Assembly (NCBI GenBank): GCA_035623215.1 | Contig: DASPTW010000042.1 | Coordinates: forward strand, 31,717-95,716 | Source of the DNA: Candidatus Acidiferrum sp. | Lineage (GTDB): Bacteria; Acidobacteriota; Terriglobia; Acidiferrales; UBA7541 | Length of the DNA stretch: 64,000 bases | Reading direction: 5' to 3' | In this document: one piece after another, positions 56,176 to 64,000 of the stretch | Numbering within the stretch: position 1 is the stretch's first letter | How the letters are laid out: each line of letters opens with the position of its first letter | Program-made: the position numbers and the translations under genes | Notes under the pieces: generated by a model | What the model was told of the DNA's origin: nothing | The model's database searches: none | The model's input: only the letters and a program-made list of their open reading frames with translations

Positions 56176-58236
56176 TCATGGCCTGAAAACAGGTCCAGTG
56201 GGCTTTCCATCCGGCCAAGTCCCGTAAAACTGCAACGCTTCCTTCGGCGGACTCTGCTTGCTCCACTCTTGCGTGAATTTTTCGTACGGCACGCCGCGCG
56301 CCAGCCGCGCTTTCCTTTCTTCTTGGCGAAGCTGCTTCGTTTTTTCGGAGTCGACTTTTCGGCGTTCTGCGTCGTACGCAACCTTATATATATGTTGTGC
56401 CGTCCAATCCGAAATGATGTTCTTCTTCAGGTCCTCCATGATGGATTCCGGATCGCGGTCCAGTGGATCCCCGTAACCGGGACCGCCTCCGCTGAACCCA
56501 AAGAGCAAATCTCCTTCCTGATAGACCTTGGGCGTCCTGGCGACTAGTTCGTAGGTCCACTGGCCGTGAACGGTCTTTTTATCGAGCATGTCGCGCAAAT
56601 CCATCGTCAATTCAGAATCCGCTTTCTTCATGTCGTCGAGAAGCGCCGGCTTGCGCACACTCATTCCTGGAATCGGCGGTGATGCATATCCGCCAAACAG
56701 CGGCTGGCCGAGCGGCACTTTGCTCCCGTTGCCCATGCACAGAGAAACCATGTCGCTGACTTTATGAATCATCCACTGCTGCACCGCTCCGGCGCCGCCG
56801 CGGTGATGGCCGTGCCCACAGGAATCTTTCCAATGTTGCGACAGCAGCACGGTCAACGGCAGCTCGCTTTCGACTTGCTCGGAATCCGGCGCCCGGCCAA
56901 ACGCGCACCAGGCAAATCCATAGGAATCCATGCCGTCGGTCGCTGCGCGGCCGCCCTGACCCTGTGTGTTCAAGGAAAATGAAAGCACGTCGGAAACAGC
57001 GAGCTTCCATTGCGAAAGGCCCGCGCAGATTTGCGCTGTGTGCTGGCTGCCCGGCGCGGCAGTGACCTGTTGCCAGAGGTTGGCGCTCGAAAACGCCATC
57101 TTCGCAAAACTATTGTGCGTGGCATTGCGGCACTGCATTCCGATGTACACGCAGCAACTGGTTGCGGCGGATTTGTCTGGATTCAAGATGATGTTCGGCG
57201 GAAAAAGAAAATCGATGGGCGCAAACGTCGAGCTACAAATCGGCAGGTCATGAAAAAGATATTCGTACATGAAGTTTGCGATGTGGCCGACGACGGCTTG
57301 CGGGTGCACGTTGTAAGACGACGGATTCTCGGGAGACGTCCCATCAAAATCGAAAATCAGCCTTTCACCTTTTTTGATGAGCGTCAGGTTGCAGGCACGG
57401 ACCAAGGCAGGCATCCATCCAATCGCGTCATTAAACACCACGGCGCGGAACTTCCCTTCCGGCAACGCTTTGATTTTTTGTCGCGCGCCGGATTCTGCTG
57501 TGTCGACCATTTTCCGGAGCAAGCCGATGAGATATTCTTCGCCGCGCCTTTCCACTAACTCCATCAAGCGCACGCGAACGCGATCGGCCGTGGTGCAACG
57601 CGCTCGCAAGTCCGAAATAAACATGGCCGGCGCGCGCAGGCCGTACACTGAATAAAATTCCAAGAAATCGTTGCGAATCTGATAATTCTCTGCAATTTTG
57701 ATCGGGGGCATGTTCAGCCCCTCTTCATAACGCGATTTTGCGCTCACCGGCATCCCGCCCGGCTCGACGGCGCCCGTTTCCGTCGTGTGGAGCGCCGCCG
57801 AAGTCCACGCCAGCAGCTTTCCGTTGTGAAAAACGGGCATCAGCGCGACTTGATCCGGATTGTGAATCCCGCCATACAGCGCATCGTTGGTGTACCAGAT
57901 GTCCCCTTCGCGAATCCCAGGATTTTCCGAATAATTCTTCAAAATAAACTTGATTACGATCGGCTGAATGATGGCGTGCAAATACGTCCCGCACGCCGCG
58001 TTGATCAAATCTCCGTTCGCAGTGAAAATCGCCACCATCGAATCGCCCGAGACTCCAAAATAGCTGCGCGAAGACCGCACGAAAATCTCCATCGCCTCAT
58101 CCAGAATGTCGTTCGTGATCTGCACGCCAATTTCGTAATCGCCTTCGCGCAGCTTCTTAGCGCAGTCCTTTTCGTAATCCGTAGCTTTCGCGGGTTTCAG
58201 CCAGGCGAGCTTTTCCGCTAGCGTCGGTATGGGCAT
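56176..58236 (-). CDS. hydantoinase B/oxoprolinase-family subunit (acetophenone carboxylase ApcD-like)
   Basis: NDALYGGIHNPD, HTTETG, DFDGTSP, DSCGHG.HRGG, GGGPGYGDPL.RD; AAGGAG RBS before MPIPT. Confidence 0.85.
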   Translation of the reverse strand: MPIPTLAEKLAWLKPAKATDYEKDCAKKLREGDYEIGVQITNDILDEAMEIFVRSSRSYFGVSGDSMVAIFTANGDLINAACGTYLHAIIQPIVIKFILKNYSENPGIREGDIWYTNDALYGGIHNPDQVALMPVFHNGKLLAWTSAALHTTETGAVEPGGMPVSAKSRYEEGLNMPPIKIAENYQIRNDFLEFYSVYGLRAPAMFISDLRARCTTADRVRVRLMELVERRGEEYLIGLLRKMVDTAESGARQKIKALPEGKFRAVVFNDAIGWMPALVRACNLTLIKKGERLIFDFDGTSPENPSSYNVHPQAVVGHIANFMYEYLFHDLPICSSTFAPIDFLFPPNIILNPDKSAATSCCVYIGMQCRNATHNSFAKMAFSSANLWQQVTAAPGSQHTAQICAGLSQWKLAVSDVLSFSLNTQGQGGRAATDGMDSYGFAWCAFGRAPDSEQVESELPLTVLLSQHWKDSCGHGHHRGGAGAVQQWMIHKVSDMVSLCMGNGSKVPLGQPLFGGYASPPIPGMSVRKPALLDDMKKADSELTMDLRDMLDKKTVHGQWTYELVARTPKVYQEGDLLFGFSGGGPGYGDPLDRDPESIMEDLKKNIISDWTAQHIYKVAYDAERRKVDSEKTKQLRQEERKARLARGVPYEKFTQEWSKQSPPKEALQFYGTWPDGKPTGPVFRP

Positions 58237-58258
58237 GAGTCTCCTTGCGTTCCGCTTT

Positions 58259-60379
58259 TTAGCCTTCCAGAATTCCCAGGCCGCGTTCATCCACCGAAAA
58301 TGTCATAGCCGCGGGCACGACCAGCGTCGTATATTCCCCTTCAACGACGGCCGGGCCTTCGACCACATTTCCTGGCCGCAGCGATTCATACGCGAAAAGC
58401 GGAGTCGTTCGAAACGCCTTGTCGCCCGGCCAGTACACCGGCCTCTCGCCCTTGCGCGCCGCGCCCGGGTCGCTTCCTTCCAGCTTCATCTTGGGCAATT
58501 CGATTTTCTTAGTTGGAACAATGGCCTTCAGGATGAAGCTTTCGATGAATACTCCTCCCTCAGGGTTGACGACAAACGGGCTGAACGCTTCGCTGAATTC
58601 TTTCTCGAACGCGGCGCACAGCAGGCGCACATCGTCGACGCTCCGCAGCGCTAGTAGGGGAGAAAGTGTACGCTTCACATGAAACTGCCCGCCGTAAAGC
58701 ATATCCAACTCCAACACGAACGTAGCGTCCTGCACATTCAATCCGTCGGCAATCAGGTCACGCTTTGCTTGCTCCACCAGGTTTTCTACTGTTCGATTGA
58801 AGGCTGAAAACTCTTCAGTTGGTTTCTGCGTTCCCGGTTCGAGCAACGTAATTTTCTTCGACGCTTCGTAGACGTGCATGATGTCCATCGTCGACGAGCC
58901 AAACGCGCAAAACACCGGCGAAAAATGGAAAACCACAGCTTTTCTCACGTCTCCCTTGTAACCCTCGACGTGCGTCGCGCCGGCCCCTCCACCCACAAAC
59001 AACACGAAATCTTCCGGACTGTACCCGCGAAGATGCACTTCTTTCATGATCGCCGAAGCCATGTTGCCGTTCACGATTTTTCGAATCACCTCCGCGGCTT
59101 GTTCGATGTCGATCCCAAGCGGCTTGGCGATTTTTTCGCGAATCGCCTGCGCCGCTGCGTTTTTATTCAACCGCATGCGCCCGCCAAAATAATATTCAGG
59201 ATTGATGTAGCCGAGCACGACGTCGGCATCGGTCACCGTCGGATCCTTGCCGCCACGATTGAAGCAAACCGGCCCCGGCATCGAGCCCGCGCTTTTCGGT
59301 CCCACCTGCAGCTGATTTTGCAGCAGCTTGTTCAGCCACGCGATCGAGCCGCCGCCCGCGCCGATTGACAGCGTCTTGATCATCGTGATGCCCACCATCC
59401 AGCGATCGATGATCGGCCGGAAGTCGTAGCTGCGCACGCTGTCTTTCACCACCAAGCCGACATCGAAGCTCGTGCCGCCCATGTCGGTCATGATCACGTT
59501 GTGGTAGCCAAGCGTCTTCGCGACGTGATGTGCGCCCATCAATCCGGAAACTGGCCCGCTGTTGAACGTGCGGCTCGCGGTAGTGCGAAACACTTCCGCG
59601 ATTCCGCCCGAGCTTTGAATCATCAGCAGAGGCTTCTTGTAGCCGCGCTCGCGCAGCTTATCCCACATCGCAGACAGTTCGATTTGCATGGAGCGCTGCA
59701 AATACGCATCGAGAATCGCCGCCAGCGTGCGCTCGTATTCGCCGAGCTTTCCCACCACCTGGCCCCCCAGAACAACCGGCAAATAGCCGATGTGAAATTC
59801 CTTGTACTCGTCGCGAATAATTTCCTTCACGCGCTTCTCGTGAACGGAATTGAGAAACCCCCACAGCAACGAAACGACAAAGCCGCGCGCCCCACGATTC
59901 ACCAAGTACCGAACTTTGGCCCGCAAATCGTCTTCATCGAGAGGCCGGATCACATTCCCGCGCGAATCGACGCGCTCTTTTGCTCCGACGATCATGTCGC
60001 GTGGAATCAGCGGATCCGGTTTTTTCTGGATCGCTAGATTTCTTCTTTCCTGCACGCGCGTGCCGTCAATCCACTGTGCGCCTCGCCCGATCAACACGAC
60101 GTCTTCGTGACCTTCGGTCGTTATCAAACCAAGCCTTGGCCCTTTTCGCTCAATCAACCGGTTCATCGCAATCGTCGTCGAGTAGCGGATCATGTCGACC
60201 GAAGGCAGCAACTCTTCCATCTTCAAACCGAGCGCGCTTGCACCTTCTTCGATTACTTTGGAAAAACAAACGGAAAGGTCATAGGGAGTCGTGGGCGATT
60301 TCTTGATCAGCGTTTTCCCGCCGAAATTCAAAACCAGGTCGGTGAACGTTCCCCCGACATCGATGTCGATGGAATTCAT
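58259..60379 (-). CDS. hydantoinase A/oxoprolinase-family ATP-binding subunit (ApcC-like)
   Basis: DIDVGGTFTD, SGPVSG, DMGGTSFD, GAGGGS, GPKSAGSMPGP, PTVTDA. Confidence 0.88.
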   Translation of the reverse strand: MNSIDIDVGGTFTDLVLNFGGKTLIKKSPTTPYDLSVCFSKVIEEGASALGLKMEELLPSVDMIRYSTTIAMNRLIERKGPRLGLITTEGHEDVVLIGRGAQWIDGTRVQERRNLAIQKKPDPLIPRDMIVGAKERVDSRGNVIRPLDEDDLRAKVRYLVNRGARGFVVSLLWGFLNSVHEKRVKEIIRDEYKEFHIGYLPVVLGGQVVGKLGEYERTLAAILDAYLQRSMQIELSAMWDKLRERGYKKPLLMIQSSGGIAEVFRTTASRTFNSGPVSGLMGAHHVAKTLGYHNVIMTDMGGTSFDVGLVVKDSVRSYDFRPIIDRWMVGITMIKTLSIGAGGGSIAWLNKLLQNQLQVGPKSAGSMPGPVCFNRGGKDPTVTDADVVLGYINPEYYFGGRMRLNKNAAAQAIREKIAKPLGIDIEQAAEVIRKIVNGNMASAIMKEVHLRGYSPEDFVLFVGGGAGATHVEGYKGDVRKAVVFHFSPVFCAFGSSTMDIMHVYEASKKITLLEPGTQKPTEEFSAFNRTVENLVEQAKRDLIADGLNVQDATFVLELDMLYGGQFHVKRTLSPLLALRSVDDVRLLCAAFEKEFSEAFSPFVVNPEGGVFIESFILKAIVPTKKIELPKMKLEGSDPGAARKGERPVYWPGDKAFRTTPLFAYESLRPGNVVEGPAVVEGEYTTLVVPAAMTFSVDERGLGILEG

Positions 60380-60756
60380 TGCGCGGCCTCGATGCGCTGC
60401 GCGCGAATCACAAACTCACCGCTTCTCAAGCGTTCTTTCAAGCTGTTCAAGTCGAACTCAATGTCCCAAGTGATGGGATGTCCTGGCGGCAGATATTCCG
60501 TTTCGATCTGCGTGCCACAACCGGGACAATAAATCTCCACGATTCGCACCCACAGCGGGTCCGGGGAAAAGTTAAATTCACCGGAGACAATCGGCGGATG
60601 AATCTCTCGTGGATCGCGGTCGTGCAATAAGCATCCCTTTTTGTAATTCTCGCGCGCCGGCCCGATGTCTCGGCCGCAGCGGTTGCAGAGCCAGCGCTCG
60701 CGGTCCAAATCCAAGTCGAGATATTCCGTGACGCGGATGCGGTTTTCCGATGACAT
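60376..60756 (-). CDS. acetone/acetophenone carboxylase gamma-type small subunit (ApcB-like)
   Basis: VTEYL…CNRC…NYK.G…EIYCPGCGTQIETEYLPPGHP. Confidence 0.88.
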   Translation of the reverse strand: MSSENRIRVTEYLDLDLDRERWLCNRCGRDIGPARENYKKGCLLHDRDPREIHPPIVSGEFNFSPDPLWVRIVEIYCPGCGTQIETEYLPPGHPITWDIEFDLNSLKERLRSGEFVIRAQRIEAAQ

Positions 60757-60759
60757 TCG

Positions 60760-62757
60760 CTATCCTCGATTTACTTTCGCATTACCGTATTCATCGATGA
60801 CCATCGTCCATCCTTCCGGAACAAAATACGTGCTGTTTGCGCCCTCCAGCACAGCACACCCGGTGACGCGATTGCCGGGTTGCAAAGCCTCCCAGCGGTA
60901 AATCTTCGCTTCGCTATTCGAATTTCCCCACGCAACTTTTCTGGTTCCCTTGAGCGCATGCGTGGAATCGCTTCCTTGCACGCCCTCCATGGCAAACACT
61001 GGCTTGGGCATGGCCTTCCTAATCTTGACGCGCATCAATTCAATCGCGATGCGCTCTCCGTTTATTCCCGTTTTGCGCGCGCACCATTCGCGCAGTGTCT
61101 TGAAATCGCAAAACGAAGTTTCCGGATAGTCCACCGTCACTGCAGTCTGTCTAGGAAGGGCAATGTCCAACTCGATCGAATCCTCGATCCCATCCGGCTT
61201 GATTCCTTCCCCCAGGAGATCTCTTCGGCCGTCGGCTCGAATCTCTTCCAAAATTTGGTTCAGCATGCCAAAGTCTTTTTCTGAAATCTCCGCGGCCGGA
61301 AGCGCGCGCTCGTAAACGTGCGAAATATCCGAAACTGAAGAGCCGAACGCACTGAACACTGGACCCAGATCGAAGAAATAGACCTGCTGCACGCCGGCCT
61401 TTTCGGCCACGCCGCAGGCAAAGAGTCCGCCGTTGCCCCCATAGGCAAATAGCGAATGCCCGTCAATTCCTCCACCAAACTCAGCGCTCGAAGCCACAAT
61501 CAGATTGGCTACCGATTCGAACGCCGCGCCGATGATTTTCCTGCACGCCTCATCCAGAGAAATGTGCAAAGGCTGCGCAACCAGCTCTTCCACCACGCTC
61601 TGCGCCGTCTTCAAATCAATCGGTTTCGTTCCCCCCAAAAAATAATCCGGGTTGATCAGCCCGGCGGCAACGAACGCATCGGTCAGCGTGGCTTTATCGC
61701 CGCCGAGGTTGTAGCATGCGGGACCCGGCAGCGAACCCATGCTCTCCGGGCCAAGCGCAATCTCGCCCGGTTTGCCGTCCGGAGAAACTTTCACCACGCT
61801 GCCGCCGCCCAGCGCGATCGACCGCAAATACGGCAGCGAAATTTTCACGGGGATGCCAAAGAAATCGGACGGATTTCGCTGCACCGGAGCCGCGTCGCGC
61901 AGCACGCTCACCTTGGCAGTGGTGCCGCCGACGTCCAGAGCGACGACGTTGCTGACCTTGTACGCCCTCGCAAGATGCGCGCTTCCGTGAATTCCCAGGA
62001 TCGGCCCGGACTCGATGGTGTCGATGGCCTTGGTTTTGGCAATTCCCGCAACGCCTCCATTAATATGGCTCACCAGAAACGTGCCCATGTAGCGGTGCCC
62101 TTCGCGCAAGTCGTCCTCGGCTTTGAACAGCGTCGCGGCGAGAGCCCCATGCGTGTACGCGTTGATGATCGCGCAATACGTGCGCGTGGCATCGTCGGCG
62201 CTTTTCGAAATATCGCTCCCCGCCAACACGGGCACCGATCCAAGAAAATGATCGGGATACTGCTGATCGATGATGCGTTTGATTCGAATCTCGCGCTCGG
62301 GGCTGCGCTGCGCGCCCTTCAAGCTCACGCAAATACGCCGGACTCCACTTTCCAGGAGCGACCGTACCCCATTCATGATTTCCGTATCGCTCGCGCCCTC
62401 GTCGATTCCAATCACATCTCGTTCGAAGAGAAGGCGATCCAGCACCATGCTCCTGGGAGCATCGCCGTACAAATCCTTCTCGTGGCCTCGAGAAATCAGC
62501 AAACCGATTCGCGGCCCGCGAAATTCCGCCAGCACATTGGACGTGATCGTCGTCGACCAGCGAATCAGTTCCAGCTTTTCGAGAAATTCATCGATATCCG
62601 CGAACCCGAGTTGCGCTGCGCCCTGCGTCAGGCAATCAAACAGGCAAACCGTCAAGTCATGCGGCGTCGTGTCGACCTTTACGCACACCAGTTTCGGCCC
62701 ATCAATGAAAATTCCATCCGTCAGGGTTCCACCGATGTCGATGTCCGCAGTTAGCAC
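60760..62757 (-). CDS. second hydantoinase A/oxoprolinase-family subunit (ApcA-like)
   Basis: DIDIGGTLTD, TIESGP, DVGGTTAK, ALGGGS, GPESMGSLPGP; GTG start at 62757. Confidence 0.85.
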   Translation of the reverse strand: MLTADIDIGGTLTDGIFIDGPKLVCVKVDTTPHDLTVCLFDCLTQGAAQLGFADIDEFLEKLELIRWSTTITSNVLAEFRGPRIGLLISRGHEKDLYGDAPRSMVLDRLLFERDVIGIDEGASDTEIMNGVRSLLESGVRRICVSLKGAQRSPEREIRIKRIIDQQYPDHFLGSVPVLAGSDISKSADDATRTYCAIINAYTHGALAATLFKAEDDLREGHRYMGTFLVSHINGGVAGIAKTKAIDTIESGPILGIHGSAHLARAYKVSNVVALDVGGTTAKVSVLRDAAPVQRNPSDFFGIPVKISLPYLRSIALGGGSVVKVSPDGKPGEIALGPESMGSLPGPACYNLGGDKATLTDAFVAAGLINPDYFLGGTKPIDLKTAQSVVEELVAQPLHISLDEACRKIIGAAFESVANLIVASSAEFGGGIDGHSLFAYGGNGGLFACGVAEKAGVQQVYFFDLGPVFSAFGSSVSDISHVYERALPAAEISEKDFGMLNQILEEIRADGRRDLLGEGIKPDGIEDSIELDIALPRQTAVTVDYPETSFCDFKTLREWCARKTGINGERIAIELMRVKIRKAMPKPVFAMEGVQGSDSTHALKGTRKVAWGNSNSEAKIYRWEALQPGNRVTGCAVLEGANSTYFVPEGWTMVIDEYGNAKVNRG

Positions 62758-62791
62758 AATGGCCTCATGAATTTGCAGAACCGAGCACGCG

Positions 62792-63523
62792 CTAGTCGCG
62801 CCCCGCCTCAATGATTTTCTCCGCGAGCCCCGAGGGATTCGTGAACATCACCTCGTGGCTTCCTGACATTTGCACCAAGCGGTAAAGCCCCAGCCGGTTC
62901 GACATCCGCGGATGCCAGCCCCATTCGCCCGGAGGCAAGGCGATATCTTCGGTGGCGTTTATATAACTCTTTGGAATGTCCAAGGAATAGAAATCTTTCA
63001 AGTCTAGCTTGTCTTTGGAGGGCTGAAGGGGTTCCGGCGAGAGCAATGCGTAAGTGCGCTTGGCCGCTTCCAGATCGCCATCATTGATAAACGCTTCGCG
63101 CCACACGGGAAACGGCAGGAGAAACGACTTGTCCGGCGATTCGTTGGCCATCCGCTCAAAAAGCGCAGCCGTGGCCGGAGGTGACTCGTCCATGACGCTG
63201 TGGCCATCGCGCACGACAAAGCCGTTTTGAAAAACCAGGCGCCTGATTCGTTCCGGGACAGCCTCCGCGACTTTCGAAATAAACGTTCCGCCAAAACTGT
63301 GGCCCACGAGAATGAAATCCGTCAGGGAATTCTTGACGATGAATTCGACGAGAGATTGCACGCACTTCGCGTGGGTCACGTTCTTGTCAGCGCCTTTTCC
63401 GTACCCCGCCGCCGTCGGCGCGAATGCTTTGTGCCCGCGCGCTTCCAGTTCGCGAATAACTTCTTTCCAGGCGCTTCCCTCATGCCAGGAACCATGCACC
63501 AGTACGAAAACCGCCATCAACAC
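62792..63523 (-). CDS. alpha/beta hydrolase (methylesterase/salicylate-esterase-like)
   Basis: FVLVHGSWH, GHSFGG nucleophile, EDIAL, GSHE. Confidence 0.88.
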   Translation of the reverse strand: MLMAVFVLVHGSWHEGSAWKEVIRELEARGHKAFAPTAAGYGKGADKNVTHAKCVQSLVEFIVKNSLTDFILVGHSFGGTFISKVAEAVPERIRRLVFQNGFVVRDGHSVMDESPPATAALFERMANESPDKSFLLPFPVWREAFINDGDLEAAKRTYALLSPEPLQPSKDKLDLKDFYSLDIPKSYINATEDIALPPGEWGWHPRMSNRLGLYRLVQMSGSHEVMFTNPSGLAEKIIEAGRD

Positions 63524-63766
63524 TACTCCCCGGAATGTTGAATGCTACGGCTAACAGAATATTCAAACTTCGTCTCAGCGATTCGAACGGCCAGCCAGCA
63601 AGTTCTCGGCAGCCGGAAGGTTTGTGAGTTCCATCAGGAGCGAAGCTGCACTTTCGCGCTCCGGTCAAATCTCCAGAACAGCGAGGAACCTCTCTTCCTT
63701 CGTTCTCGAAGCATGAAGGTTCCCCGCTACGCTCGAAATACGACGGATAGCGTTTTCCAGCGGTTC

Positions 63767-64000
63767 TTAGAAAGTAAACTTGGCCGCGAACTGAAGCTGC
63801 CGCGGGTTCAGCATGGTTCTGGGCAGACCGAAGGTGCCATTCGGCAAAGCTGGAATAAACAGACTCACAGCAGGACAAGTTGGAGCAAAGCCGCATGTCG
63901 GCAGCGAACTGGTAATCGGCGTGGGAGCGAGACTCCCGATACCGGGAATGACTATCGCGCCGGCGCCCGTCGCCACTGGGCAAGCCGTGGACCCCACCCC
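63767..64000 (-). CDS. C-terminus of a TonB-dependent receptor (partial)
   Basis: …TFG…NPRQLQFAAKFTF*, the typical acidobacterial TBDR ending with terminal Phe. Confidence 0.8.
   Translation of the reverse strand, partial: GVGSTACPVATGAGAIVIPGIGSLAPTPITSSLPTCGFAPTCPAVSLFIPALPNGTFGLPRTMLNPRQLQFAAKFTF

Noticed and set aside
61456-62754. 432-aa plus-strand ORF
   Set aside because: Antisense shadow of the apcA-like gene

Overview
High-GC bacterial chromosomal DNA, most likely from an acidobacterium (inferred from the acidobacterial-type VWA protein, Gly-rich TonB proteins and a TonB-dependent receptor C-terminus ending RQLQFAAKFTF). The left ~38 kb is mostly housekeeping and accessory genes: M28 peptidase, VWA protein, RluA/RluD, Tat-exported GH1, lspA, ileS, two TonB paralogues, rhomboid-TPR, a GIY-YIG-type nuclease, TerC, a REC-TrxB/cNMP-kinase/UBP-zinc-finger module, GH63, a type IV minor-pilin operon and HtrA. 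Its intergenic DNA is rich in REP-like and TGTCAT-ended palindromes, and a 21-bp element occurs three times, once in frame inside ileS. The right ~25 kb (38879-63523) is an aromatic catabolism supercluster. It joins a five-subunit acetophenone-carboxylase-like operon plus thiolase, a 4-hydroxybenzoyl-CoA-reductase-like molybdoenzyme, a PaaK-like CoA ligase and the O2-dependent box genes (boxD, boxR, boxC, boxB). The usual boxA is missing from the window; a [2Fe-2S] ferredoxin and a ferredoxin reductase sit in its place. This suggests a hybrid (hydroxy)acetophenone to benzoyl-CoA to epoxide route. All family calls come from motif recognition and recall; no database searches were run.
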